From Eledone cirrhosa (taxonomy: Eukaryota), in the NCBI GenBank assembly GCA_964016885.1, contig OZ024748.1, forward strand, positions 27,218,001 through 27,282,000: a DNA stretch of 64,000 nt. The letters run 5' to 3'. The position numbers were made by a program, and so were the translations under genes. The notes under the pieces are model-generated. The model saw only the letters and a program-made list of their open reading frames with translations, was not told where the DNA came from and did no database searches. This document shows, piece after piece, positions 11,925 to 24,964 of the stretch; within the stretch, counting starts at the first letter, position 1, and the number at the start of each line of letters is the position of its first letter.

Positions 11925-12268
11925 TACACAACAACGACAACAACATGTGCACAACAACAACAACAACAATACCTACACAACAGCAACAACATCTACACAA
12001 CAACAACAACAACTACACAACAACATCTACAACAACAACTACAGCAACAACATCTACACAACAACAAAAACATCTACAACAACAGCAACAACATCCACAC
12101 AACAACAAAAGCAGCAACATCTACACAACAACAAGACCAACAATATCTACGCAACAACAATAACAACATCTACATCAACAACAATAACTACAACTACCAC
12201 AACTATTACAACAACAATGACATCGACAACAACAAGAACTACTACTACCATAACATCAACAACACCAT
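11925..12268. repeat. (ACA)n-based repeat
   Basis: Seen directly. Confidence 0.9.
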
Positions 12269-12335
12269 TCTGCTAGAACAATTCTTTGTCTACTCAACCA
12301 TAGGTACTGGCCATGTCTTGGGACTGACTGGGGAC

Positions 12336-12550
12336 TTAACCCTTTAGCATTCACTTTACTCTATATATACTATTATATTTTCATGGTAAAGGCTTTACCT
12401 CACATAATATCGAATCTATGAGATTTTGAAAATAGTTATTTTGAGAACAATAGCTTAACATCAGTTTGAGCAACCAGTTACAGCCAGTTTCAACAGAAAG
12501 AGGTAGAGAGTTCTGGCCGGTTTTGGCCGGTTTGAACATTAAAGGGTTAA
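12336..12550. mobile_element. piggyBac-type MITE
   Basis: TTAA-CCCTTT...AAAGGG-TTAA termini; a second, interrupted copy at about 12790-13443; related termini at 10703 and 14575-14595. Confidence 0.7.
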
Positions 12551-12607
12551 CAATAACAACACTTTCTCTTTCAGAACAATCCTAACACTAAATTCTTATA
12601 TTTCCAG

Positions 12608-12757
12608 GCCATAATAGCTTTGATTATGATAATCCCTGGAGAGATATCATCATTGATTGACTTCTTTAGTTTTACTGCCTGGCTTTTCTATGGATTGGCT
12701 TTCCTCTCTCTCATTGTGATGAGGTTTACAAAAAAAAATGCCCCAAGGCCTTTTAAG
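12608..12757 (+). CDS. SLC7A9: SLC7A9-like exon G
   Basis: tccag/gtaagt; [50 protein letters not shown]. Confidence 0.92.
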
Positions 12758-12860
12758 GTAAGTAGTTAACATGCATATACACATTCATATATATTCACAT
12801 TACTCTATATATACTATTGTAATTTCATGGTAAAGGCTTTATCTCACATAATATTGAATC

Positions 12861-13315
12861 CTTAGGAGATTAGTATCGGTGTACATATATGCATTATCAG
12901 AAATGACAATAAATGCTGGTGTGTGTTGTGACAGGTTTTACTTCACAGAAGTCAAAGGGATTAATATAAATAAATCATTACCCGTGGGTCACAACTCCTA
13001 GGCTGAAGTGTGTGGAGAAGAACAGAGATCTTCTCTTGGAGGTGTTAACATTTTCTTAGGCTGCCGGTGGCATTCTTCTTGAGTGGCGAAGGAAATGAGA
13101 GAGGAGTCATCTCATGACAAGGTCGCAGGTGTTGTTAACACTTTGGGATTCAGGAGGCGAGAGAGTGAGATCGCCCTGACCTATCCCTTTTATAGGGTCT
13201 CAGGAAGGAAGTGACAAAAAGGGTTCTGCCACCCCAACGGGAAGTAACTCCAGTTACTTCCTGTCTAGAGAGCGGTGATGTGATTGTCATAACAAGGGAG
13301 GCAACTCTTGCTACA
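12861..13315 (-). mobile_element. Probable solo or partial LTR inserted into the second MITE copy
   Basis: Absent from the sister MITE copy; minus strand begins TGTAGCAAG and carries TATAAAAGGG; other terminus not clearly canonical. Confidence 0.5.
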
Positions 13316-14054
13316 AATATATGAGATTTTGAAAGTATTTATTTTGAGAACAATACCTTAACATCAGTTTAAGTGACCAGTTACAGCCAGTTTCAACAGA
13401 AAGAGGTAGAGAATTCTGGCCGGTTTGAACATTAAAGGGTTAATAATTTTATTTACATCATTTTCAAAATCCAGAGCAGGAAATCATTCGATTGTTCTAA
13501 ATAGAATATTAATCTAATGATTTTTTATAGCATAAATGTGTTTTTGTCTTTGCAAGAAATTGTTCTTCTCGCTCCACATGATGACGTAATTATCCTCGCA
13601 TATTTTTCGTCCATCGCCAGAGAATGTCTTCACGAGCCAACGTATCATCTTCCTGTTTTCCTTCAGTTGTAACGTTTTTTTTTATATTTGATTCTGCGCC
13701 TACAGATTGATTTTTCTCAGTTTCAGAAGATCCCATAAAAGGGTGAAAGCAGCTATTCTCTGCTTAAACTTTAATCTGTACTTATAATATATATATGTAT
13801 ATATATATTTTTTTTTTAAGCGGACGTAAAATGATGATGATGATGATGATCTAAAAAGTCTAAAGTCTGTCTTAAGCCAGAAGGCTCATTTGGCCAGTGC
13901 TTATCCCGGTTTCATGGCCTGAAGCAACAGAGAGTACAAGACTCCTTCCTGGACAGGATGCCAGTCCATTGCAGGGTTAAACCCCCAGCTATTGCTGGTA
14001 CTCATTTCCAGCTGAGTATACTAGAGCAATGTGAAATGAAGTGTTTTGCTCAAG

Positions 14055-14088
<34 letters not shown>

Positions 14089-14771
14089 TCGGTATACAAG
14101 GATGCAATTCACTTCAAGCACTCAACGTCATGTTACTTCTTTAAAACAAGGATGGGTGGTTTTGTTTCATAGAACGAAGCATTTTTAACTGTGTTAGTAT
14201 CTAAGGGACTCTAATGTCATTGAATTTAACTACTGATAAATACAAGATGTTGCTGGATTCATCCAGTCTAAAGAGGATTGGATGTCATTTCCTTAAAACA
14301 GGCCATGATTAAAAGATATTAGCCCAATTTGCTGCACAGTCAGATTGAACTCAAGACTTTGTGATTGTAGGAAAACGTTTTAACCACACAGCCATGGCTA
14401 CATCTATCTAAGATCAATCCATCTTTAGATTTTGGTTAGGCTATATCGATGTTATTTATCTGTACAGAAAGAGCTTTCAAAAATTACTGCTTTATAAACT
14501 AATGAATTCCTACTAAACTGGAACTCTTTAAAATGGCTGGTTTTGTTTCATAGAACCAGAGGCATTTGTGGTTGAGCTGGTATCAAAAGGGTTAATGAAG
14601 AAATTGGAAGGATTTATTAAAATTAAGATGTTATGTGTAACTTAATTTAACAGAAGGTTCTTATTTAAAATTAAATAAGAACTTTTTAAAATGGATGGTT
14701 TTGTTTCATAGAACCAAAGGTAGTTTGGAGCTTGACTGATTTTAACAATTAACTCTTAATTTCTTTTCAAG

Positions 14772-14940
14772 GTATTCATCGTTGTACCAATTGTGATGTT
14801 GATTGTATCTGTATATCTGGTGGTAGCGCCAATTGTACAGAACCCACAATTGGGTTTTCTCTATGCCTTCCTCGTAATTGTTGGAGGTCTAATATTCTAC
14901 TTCCCTTTTGTCTTCTTCAAACTCCAATTGCCGTGTATGG
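14772..14940 (+). CDS. SLC7A9: SLC7A9-like exon H
   Basis: tcaag/gtaagt; VFIVVPIVMLIVSVYLVVAPIVQNPQLGFLYAFLVIVGGLIFYFPFVFFKLQLPCM. Confidence 0.9.
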
Positions 14941-15625
14941 GTAAGTATGATAATTCTTTATTTTTTAAACTTGCCAAACCAAATGGTTGAGAGGACTCTT
15001 CAGTTGTGTCAAAGACATGACAACCTCTCTAGTGTTATTGTCCTGATAAAATGTGCTTAATACATTCTGTACAATATGAGATCATGCATAAGCTGAGTGC
15101 AGACCACAGCTCATCTTATAGGTTAGTAACTTCAAATAAGTATTGACTTGGTCTATGACAATCCATCCAACCCTTGTTAGCCAGGAAAATAGATGTTAAA
15201 TGTTGATATTGATGATGTTTGAATTGTTTACTTAGAGGAAGAGCAATGTCCAATGGCTGATTAATCATAGGCTGATTAGGCTAGAGTGGGGCTCCCATAA
15301 TATTTATGCAACCCCAAAATATTTAAGGGTTCCTAAATTAATGTTTTTGCTACCTTAAATAGCACTCAAGAGCCCTAATGAAATTTTCAGCTCAGAGCCT
15401 CATGTAAGTTTAATCCAGCCCTGGCAGAGGCATTAATCGTTTTTCAAGGCCTCTGATACTTGTGGAGGAAGGAAGAAAATATTCCCCAGGTTGGAGACAT
15501 GGTTTGAATGCATTGAAATGGGGTAGACTCTGCTAATGGCACACGAGGATCAGGTGGGGGTGCTAAACTGAGCCCTGGTTTAAGTCTAACACTCAAGAAT
15601 TGAGCTACATTATATATATATATAT

Positions 15626-17575
15626 TAGGGTGTTTCATATTTATAGGGAAAATTTATATGGAATCACCTCATTTTATATGGAATCACCTCATGTCAATTT
15701 CGCCCTGAATCCATTTCACATAATAGCTACACAGGCAAAAATATGAGAAGATACGGATATATTTAGGGGTTACATAGTTTGGTACTTCAACACTTGTTGA
15801 TTGTAGCCAGGCTCCTCTACACCACGATTAAAGTTGACTCTTGATGCCACTCTTGATGTCATGTGGGAATGGGAGAAACTATCGGTATGACAAACAAATT
15901 GCAAAGAATCTTGGTCTTGATGTGTTTGAATTCTTGATTTTTTCCCCTCAACTATTTATTGAACAAGAGCCATTCACCATGAGAAGACAACTCAGGAAAT
16001 CGAGTTATCTGTTTTTCCATCTGATGACAGATCCTGGCTAGTCCTCCACTGGGATAGAAAATTATTACCATCGGCTTCCCGATCCAACAAACTCAAAGAT
16101 TGGATTACAGTTTTAGTTACTAAAAGGAAGAACTCTTAGGTGTTCCGATTGCAAGAGATGGAACCAGACAACACATTACTGAAGTCATTTTGAAGGAAAT
16201 TCAACAATTTAAAATTGAGGATAGAATAATTGTCCTTCAACACCGCTGCCAGTAACAGCAGCATGCACCAAGTAACCAATACGAATATTGAAGCAGCTCT
16301 GAAAAAATCCATCTTGTGGCTCGCTTGCTGCCATCCCATTCTTGAACTGATTTTGAAGAAAGTCTTTGAGATCCATCATTTGGTGCTGGTCTCTCACTGT
16401 TCAAAAAGTTCCAGGAACGTTGGGACTCCATAAATAAGTCTCATTATCAAACTCTCCTGGATGATGATGAGCCCATGGCAGACTTTTACAAGCAAAAGAG
16501 ATGGCTGACTCTACTGCTTTCTGAAGATTATCCCTGAGAAGACTATGCTAAGTTCATAAAGCTCTCTCTTCTCTATTTTGGTGATTAACCATCTTCCCAG
16601 TTCTCTTTCTCGATCATAGGAGCTTACCATTGGATAGCTAAGGTCATATATGTAAATAAGATAGTTTTCTTCAAAGAACAATTTAAGCTTACACCATGTG
16701 AGTCCAGGCATCTACAAAAAGTCACTTACTGAGTGACTTTGGGCGCACGTAAAATTCTGTAATGAAGCAATGGTTCCCAGATGGGTTACAAAGAATGATC
16801 TTGATTTGATGAATTTTGCTACCAATGTATCCTGACCAACAGATTGGAACTGTGGCAGAGACAGTCCTTTGGCATCACTTGTGGTAATTGTCAGAAGAGT
16901 TAGTAGCGTTGGCTTTCTTTGATGAAAGACTTGGACTGGATGAGGAGAAAAAATGTTCCAAAATTTCACAAAAGAAGAAAAAAGAAGAGGATGAAGAAGG
17001 TCGAAGAGAAAGGAATGGCTTTTGGCAACAAAGAACTAAGTGACTTCATTATGAAGAAAACAAATAACTTTTTCCATCTGCTCGACATTGTCCTAAACAA
17101 TTTGGACTTTTGCACTGACAGCGATATCAAAGCATCTGTTGATGCTCTGAAAGTTGTGAGACACACTGCTGAGTGAGGTATTTATCTCATAAAGAGGTCT
17201 AATGATTCTTTGAAGGATGAAATTCATAAACAGTTCCTCCTAAAAGTGTTGCAGAGTAAAGGAAATAAATGCCCAAAGAGGACTGTTTCTGATTCCGATT
17301 ATAAATTTCATTATTGTGTATTTAGAACGTATTCCTCCTGTTTATTTTCATTTCATCTCATTTTCTCATGTGGTTTCCTCATTAGATTCAGTAAAGTGTA
17401 CAGAAAAGACAATATACTACAAGTTAGATCCAAAAATGTTCATAAATAAAAAGATGTGAATTTGTGTAACTTCTAAATATTATTTGATTGACATATAATT
17501 TAGCATATATTTCAGCAAATTAAATACATGTGTAATCAACATGAGATGAATAGTTTACAAAATAGCCCACCCCAT
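15626..17575 (+). mobile_element. Decayed DNA transposon, probably hAT-related (hATm-like)
   Basis: Termini TAGGGTG...CACCC(c)A between TA runs; broken frames give FNTAASN...ILWLACCHPILELIL (cf. FDTTASNTG...WLACRHHILEL) and LKVVRHTAE*GI (cf. LKVVNDTAERGV). Subfamily name is from recall. Confidence 0.6.
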
Positions 17576-18487
17576 ATATATATATGTACTTCTGCAGGAA
17601 TTTGAGGATAGACTCTTGCATTTTTTGTGTGTGTTTTTATGATGTATGTATGTATATGTATGTGTTTTTATGATGTATGTATGTATATGTATGTGTGTGT
17701 ATTTATATGTATGTGTGTATTTGTATGTGTGTGAAGATGTGTGTATGTATATGTATGTATGTGCGTGTGTATGTATATGTATGTACATGTACAATTTCTA
17801 CGTGTGGGTGTGTGTGCATGTGTAGGTATTTTGTGCATGTGTGTGATCACTTTTTTGTTTTTGTTTGTAACGGTTATTTTCTTGTAATGATTGGGATAAG
17901 TGCGTCCGTTGGATTCTAGGCTTGTGTTTGGTCATTCTATAGGCTTGTTTGTGTCTGGCTGGTTCATCCACAGATTTGATGTGATTTTTATTGTGTTAAC
18001 ACTGGTCTGAGGATCAGGCAGACTTGGAGTCTGGTCTGGGATGACCCCAGATCATGAGCCAGCTGCCTGGGAAACATTTGTAACCGGGTTAGGCAATAAA
18101 CCTCATATGTAACACTTCCACTTTATTTTTATTATATACACTCTGCTCTGCATCGAGTGCTGACTTTGGTACTCTCACCAGTTTTCTTTGGATTTACTGA
18201 ACCTTTTGCACGCACACACACACACACATATATATATGAAACTAATAAGTCCGGTTGTTTGTTTAGAAGGCCATACAATGCAAGTTATGGGAATATTAAG
18301 TTGGTAAGGTAACTTTCAGTCATTCTTTATTTCTTTTATGTTATTTTCCCCACCTTTTCTTTCTCTCTCAATTCCCTTCTGACTTGGCAATCTAACTTTG
18401 GCAATCCAACCCACTTGCATTACATGGCTTTTTAAACAAACAAACGGATTTTTCAGTTTCGTATTCCACAATGCTTCAAGTAAACTA

Positions 18488-18699
<212 letters not shown>

Positions 18700-18774
18700 C
18701 ACATATAATATACACATGTACAACTGTTTATTTATACTGATATCTGCATGCATTTACTTTTATATATCTTTTAG

Positions 18775-18857
18775 TGGGCTTTACTGAATTCATTCAGAAG
18801 TTTCTATGTGTTGCTCCATCAAAATATATTGCAGAGGACCTTGGTAAATCTAACTAA
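18775..18857 (+). CDS. SLC7A9: SLC7A9-like terminal coding exon
   Basis: ttttag acceptor, phase 1 matches exon H; VGFTEFIQKFLCVAPSKYIAEDLGKSN-stop (TAA 18855-18857), resembling the T-x-x-L/I-Q-x-L-x-x-V C-terminus of SLC7 light chains. Confidence 0.85.
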
Positions 18858-21800
18858 CATTAAATGTCTAAACTGGCTGTTAAACAAATGTTTTATCATT
18901 TGGAACAGAGGTTTAACTTTAAGAAGCTTTCAGGGAACCAAAATCAAAAGGAACTTGCCCCTGAAACCTTCATGGACATGTAATATCCTGATATCATTCC
19001 AACTTTGGATACTCTGAATTGAACTAAATTCTAAATGTTTGCTTGACATGGTTTAGTTTTCGGTGAGAAATCAAAAACAAACAATGCCAAAATACAAAAA
19101 ATTCCAAACATAACAAAATAGAATTGATTGAAACATCTACAAATTTTATTAAACAATATTTCTCAGAGAAAAGAAAATCATTTGAACGACTTGAAACACT
19201 GTTTAACTTCATCAAATACTAATAGGTTTTCATATGAAACCCTGTGTTCACTCATTTCTACTCAGAACGACTACTCTCTGCAATTCCTTTCCCCTCCTAC
19301 ACATGCATTTCTTCCTGTAGACATAGACTGGCTCTAAAACAGTTTGAACAGAACATCAACCACATCAATCTCACTACTAATGCTGGACGGCCCTGTTCCT
19401 TCTGACTCAACCATTAACATAAATTATGTAGATTTTCCCAGACCCCCCCCCCCCCCCCCCAAATCTTCCAATGTCTAATTCACAATATCAAACGTTAGAT
19501 TCATTAAACCTCAATTATAATAATGTTGAGCCAAAAACAAACCATTAACAACAACAACAACAAACCCAGGATGGTTTATAAACTATATGAAACATTTATT
19601 AACTTTTTCTTCAGATCTGTTCAAATATAGATTTGTGTGGTTTGTTTAACGTTGAGAAAATGGCAGAGTAACGTCTTCAAAACAAAGTTTTCTTGAGAAA
19701 AAACTATTTTTTGGCTGCTTTCAAATGAAAGAGCAATATATATATATATATATATATAATACAAAATGAGATCATTGTGGCAAATACTCACACACACACA
19801 CACATATATATTATACAAAATACTCCAGGCATCAACTGTACATTGTTTAATTAAATAGGAATGCTCACAGAATACTCAAACATTCATCAAATGTATGATA
19901 AGTACTTCATCAAACGAAATTATGGTTTTCCCAAAGGAGATTCTTGTTGAACAAACTATATTAAACATTTATTTTTTTTTATTTATATATTTTAAAAAGG
20001 AAATATCTGAGAAACTAATACCAACTTTATATATATATATACAAGAACTAACACTGCATGAAAGGATGATTTTAACTATTGAAGCTACTTAGTTGCCATA
20101 ATTCTAATGAAATACGTTGCCTTTGATTTTCAAATAAGTTTGAAAATTATCAAGAATCTGACAGAATTTAGTGATATAGCTAACTTTCTCATCATTTATC
20201 TGGTGTTTGGAGACATTTTAACTGAAACCGTTTTGTTTCATAGAACTAGACCATTGAGTGATGTGTCAAAATGTTTTCCCCTTCTCTGTAATCAAGGTCA
20301 CTGATGCAGTTCTGCTATAACCAATTGATACATATTTACTGGGCTAAATATTTTACAAATCTTTCACAGATGATGCCCACTCATCTATCCTTTCACTCTA
20401 AAAAGAGGGAACAATCATTAAGGATACAAAAGCAATATCGCTAGATTTATTTTATTGTTGTTCAAATATGAAGCTACAATAAAAACACATTTTTACAATA
20501 ATTAACACAAAAATATATACAACAAAAACAACTATCAATGTGACAATGAATAATATTTTATAAAGCAAATGTTATGTATACATACATACATACATATATA
20601 CATATACACATACATACACACATATATACATACACATATGCATACATGCACACATACGTACACATGCACATACATATATATATGCACACACACATTGACC
20701 ATATTTCTGTATGTTTGATAAATCTTTTAAAATAATAAAAAATAAATAGAAATAGAAAAAACGAAAAACAAAATGAAATAAAATTTCAAGGGAACCCTTA
20801 TTCCACAAGTTTTGCTTTTGAATGTGACGAGGTTACACTTATCATTGTATTTGATCCAGCTTTTTACTTTCTGTGTTGTTTGGTGGCAGACTTAAGCTGT
20901 CAGCCAGTATACCAACACCACTGCCTGAATCTTGAGTGCCCTTAGTGGTAGAAACAATATGTCACCCAGTTGTGACTGACAGATAGTATCAGCAATGGAA
21001 GCATTGTTTCCTTGGTCCGATTTGATGATATTGTTATGAAGGAGATTGTAAAGTCAATCATCAGATGCAAATGGTATCACTCAAATTCGAAACACTACTC
21101 CCTAGATCTACAAAAGAAAGCGAGGAAAACCGAACAATGGATCACGTGACTGATTTGAAGCATGATGCACGTGTTTTTTTGTGTGTTTCACTGGAAGTAG
21201 ACTATTTAAACCGGTGGAGTTGCCAATGCAGGGAGCTGGTGTGAGGTTGGCAGCAAGAGCAGTTGGTCTTACATTGGCGGCGTAGTAAAGACAATTGGTG
21301 TAAAGTTGTTGATGTGAATAGTCGGTGTGAACTCGGGTGGCAAAGAACATTACACAAGACATCCAGCCTGGTGCATCTATTTCTTCTGTTCTAAGCAAGT
21401 TGGCTTGCTGGGCAGGACATTTGGAATCAGAAGTGGGATTTTCATTGCTGCAGAGAGCTAACTGTTCGCTTTGGAGTCGGAAGGAGCTAGGCAGGGAAGG
21501 AAGAGGTATCACTGGCTGCAATCATGAAAATGTTAAACTATCAAAATGATAGACTTATTAAGTTTAAGGAAGAGCAGAAAGTGTAGCACACACGTCTTAA
21601 TGGAGAGCAGGACACATTCATGAGAGGAATGGAGAAGGATCAACAGCAATTGCAGGAGGAAGAAAAACAGTTCAAGTAGAAGGTACATGAAGAATTACAG
21701 CAGTACAGATATCATATATATATAATATATATATAAGTATGTATATGTACATACATATATGTATACAGACGTACAGTAGTATGTATATATATATATATAT

Positions 21801-22126
21801 ACATACATGCACACATATATATATGTACGTATGGATTTACGGTGTTGAACAAAAGGGCAACGATGGTTGCTAAACACTGTACGGCTTAATTCGGGATGTT
21901 TGTTTACAAACAAACCGAGCATTATAATAGATGTTCGGTAAATCCATACGTACATATATATATGTGTGCATGTATGCATATATATACATACTACTGTACG
22001 TCTGTATACATATATGTATGTACATATACATACTTATATTTAAGTAACAGTCGTACTAAGAGTCAGAAATGAAATTTCGTTTCCTTTTTTCTATATATAT
22101 ATATATATGATATATATATATATAAT

Positions 22127-24550
22127 AGATAGAGACATTCAATGTAGAAGAGCACTGGGAGTTCCTAAAAAATAACTTACTACAGGCGACGGATGAGATC
22201 TGTGGTTGGAGTAAGACCACAAGCAGGAGGAGAGTGACTTGGTGGTGGAACAATAAGGTAGATGAGGCAGTTAAGGCCAAGAGACAGGCAAGGAAAGAAT
22301 GGAAGAATGGGGGAAGCAGAGTACATTACATAGAGACCAAGAGGGAAGCTAGGCGACAAGTATACTTAGCTAGGAGGGAAGCAGAGGATAGAAAATTCAA
22401 GCATGTTTTGCAACGTGAGGACCAGAAACAGGAGGTGTTCAAGATTACGAGGCAGTGTGTCAGAGAGAATTGTGATGTCATTGGAGAGAAGTGTATCCAG
22501 AATGATAAAGGTGAGCTTGCCCTCACAAGTGTTGAGAAGAAAGATGCATGGAAGAGCCATTATGATAGATTACTAAATGAGGAGAATGCATGGGAAGAAG
22601 AGACCCTACCCCAAGTAGACCCTATAGAGGGGCCAACAGTACAAGTCAGCAGCAGTGTAGTAAGTAAGGCAATCAAAGATATGAAGATGGGGAAGGCAAC
22701 CAGTCCATTGGATATAGCTGCCGAGATGCTGAAGGCATCTGGGTCTGTAGGTCACACTATAACCACACATATTGTTAACCAGGTAATACTAGAAGGTGTC
22801 ATACCAAAAGATTGGTGCAGTAGCATCATTGTCAACTGCTACAAAGGTAAAGATGATCCACTAGATAGAGGAAACTATAGAGGTATAAAGCTGATGGACC
22901 AGGTCATGAAAGTAACAGAAAGAGTTATAGCACAGTTGATTAGGGACCGGGTGAAACTAGATGAGATGCAATTTGGGTTTGTACCAGGAAGAGGCACCAC
23001 TGATGCCCTCTTCCTTGTGAGGCAGTTACAGGAAAAGTACCTAGCTAAAAGTAAGCCACTCTACCTGGCATTCGTCGATCTTGAGAAAGCCTTTGACAGA
23101 GTTCCACGTGCTGTAATCTGGTGGGCTCTTAGAAAACTAGGAGTAGATGAATGGCTTGTAAAAGCTGTACAAGTCATGTATAGGGGAGCAGTCAGCAAAG
23201 TTAGGATTAGCAATGAGTATAGCGAGGAATTTAGCGTGTCCACCTGGGCTCTGTTCTTAGCCCTCTCCTGTTCATCATAGACCTGCAGGCAATAACGGAG
23301 GAGTTTAAGACCGGATGCCCATGGGAACTCCTGTATGCTGATGACCTCGCACTTATAGCTGAATCTATAGTAGAACTAGAGAATAAATTCCAAACTTGGA
23401 AGCAGGGACTAGAAAGAAAGGGTCTCAAAGTCAACATGACAAAGACTAAGGTCCTTGTAAGTAGACGAGAAAACAGAACCCAGATCCCCTCATGGAAATG
23501 GCCTTGCTCAGTATGTAGGAATAGTGTAGGTAGGAACTCCATTCTCTGCCCCAAATGCAAACAATGGGTACACAAGAGATGTAGCGGGATCTCAGGAAGC
23601 TTAATTAAGAATGTAGGCTTCACATGCAGCAGCTGTGCTGGGACAGCAAGCAGCAAACAGCCACAGGAAACAAGTACCACCAATCTCTGGGAGGGCTCTG
23701 TAGACAGCTTCTGCTACCTAGGTGACCGAATTAGCAGCGGACGTGGGTGTTCAGAAAGTACAATAACTAGGGTAAGAACGGGATGGAAGAAGTTCAGGGA
23801 ACTACTGCCACTGCTAGCTGCAAAAGGCTTCTCCCTCAAAATGAAAGGCAGACTGTATGATGCGTGTATTCGAACAGCAATGTTACATGGTAGTGAGACC
23901 TGGGCACTGAAGGTGGAAGACTTACGTAGGTTAGAAAGAAACGAAGCCTGCATGCTCCGATGGATGTGTAATAGTAATATACGGGAACGACAAAGCATAA
24001 ATCAATGTGAGAGAGAGACTGAGCATAAGAGAATCAAATGCTGTGTGCAGGAGAGGCGGTTGCGTTGGTATGGACATGTGATGCGTATGAAGGATGACAG
24101 CTGCATAAAAAGGTGCAGAGCGCTAGAAGTCAATGGAAACCGCGGAGTGGGGAGACCCAAGAAGACCTGGGATGAGGTGATAAAAGCCGACCTTACCCAA
24201 TTACTCCTCTCAAAGGCGATGACACATGACCGTGATCTCTGGCGTCACACAGTAATACAGAGTACTCGACCCCCCATGGGTACAAGCTGAAGCATATAGA
24301 CAATATGCCCCCACACCCACTGCAAGGTGGTCGTGGAGGTGCCACGGCAAAAAAGCACCCAGCCCACACTGAAAATGAGGTTGGTGTTAGGAAGGGAATC
24401 CAGCTGTAGAAATCAAGCCAAAATCAGTTCCTGTATGAGCAAGACATGGTCAGCCGACCAGACACTGCCCACAACAGGTCAACCCGTCTAATCCATGCTA
24501 GCGTGGAAGAACGGACGTAAAACGGTGATGATGATGATGATGATGATGAT
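22127..24550 (+). mobile_element. 5'-truncated RTE-type LINE with RT, Cys-rich PHD-like finger and (GAT)n tail
   Basis: RT motifs NYRGIKL, QFGFVPGRGTTDA, DLEKAFD, YADD (23334-23345); frameshift or deletion near 23240; C-terminal RLRWYGHVMR...GRPKKTW; 3' tail ending ggacgtaaaacgg(tga)n. Confidence 0.9.
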
Positions 24551-24829
24551 ATAATGTATAAAAACATTTTTTTCCAATTCCCCCCCCCCCCCCCCCCCCC
24601 CGTCCCCTCAATCTATCTTATTTCTCATTCTTTCTTCTGATAAAGGGCTAGCGTCCGAAACGTTAAGACCTTCTTCCTGCTATATCAAGTGTTAACCTAA
24701 TATATCCCTTCCATATACTGTGTACCGATTGTGTTGTTATTTCTGTTTACCTTTTACACACACACACATATATATATATGATATATATATATATATGATA
24801 TATATATATGATATATATATATATATATG

Positions 24830-24860
<31 letters not shown>

Positions 24861-24902
24861 ATATATATATATATATATATATATGATATATATATATATA
24901 TA

Positions 24903-24963
<61 letters not shown>

Positions 24964-24964
<1 letters not shown>

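Noticed and set aside
21108-21521. 137-aa minus-strand ORF as a third host gene
   Set aside because: No recognisable domain or supported splice partners.
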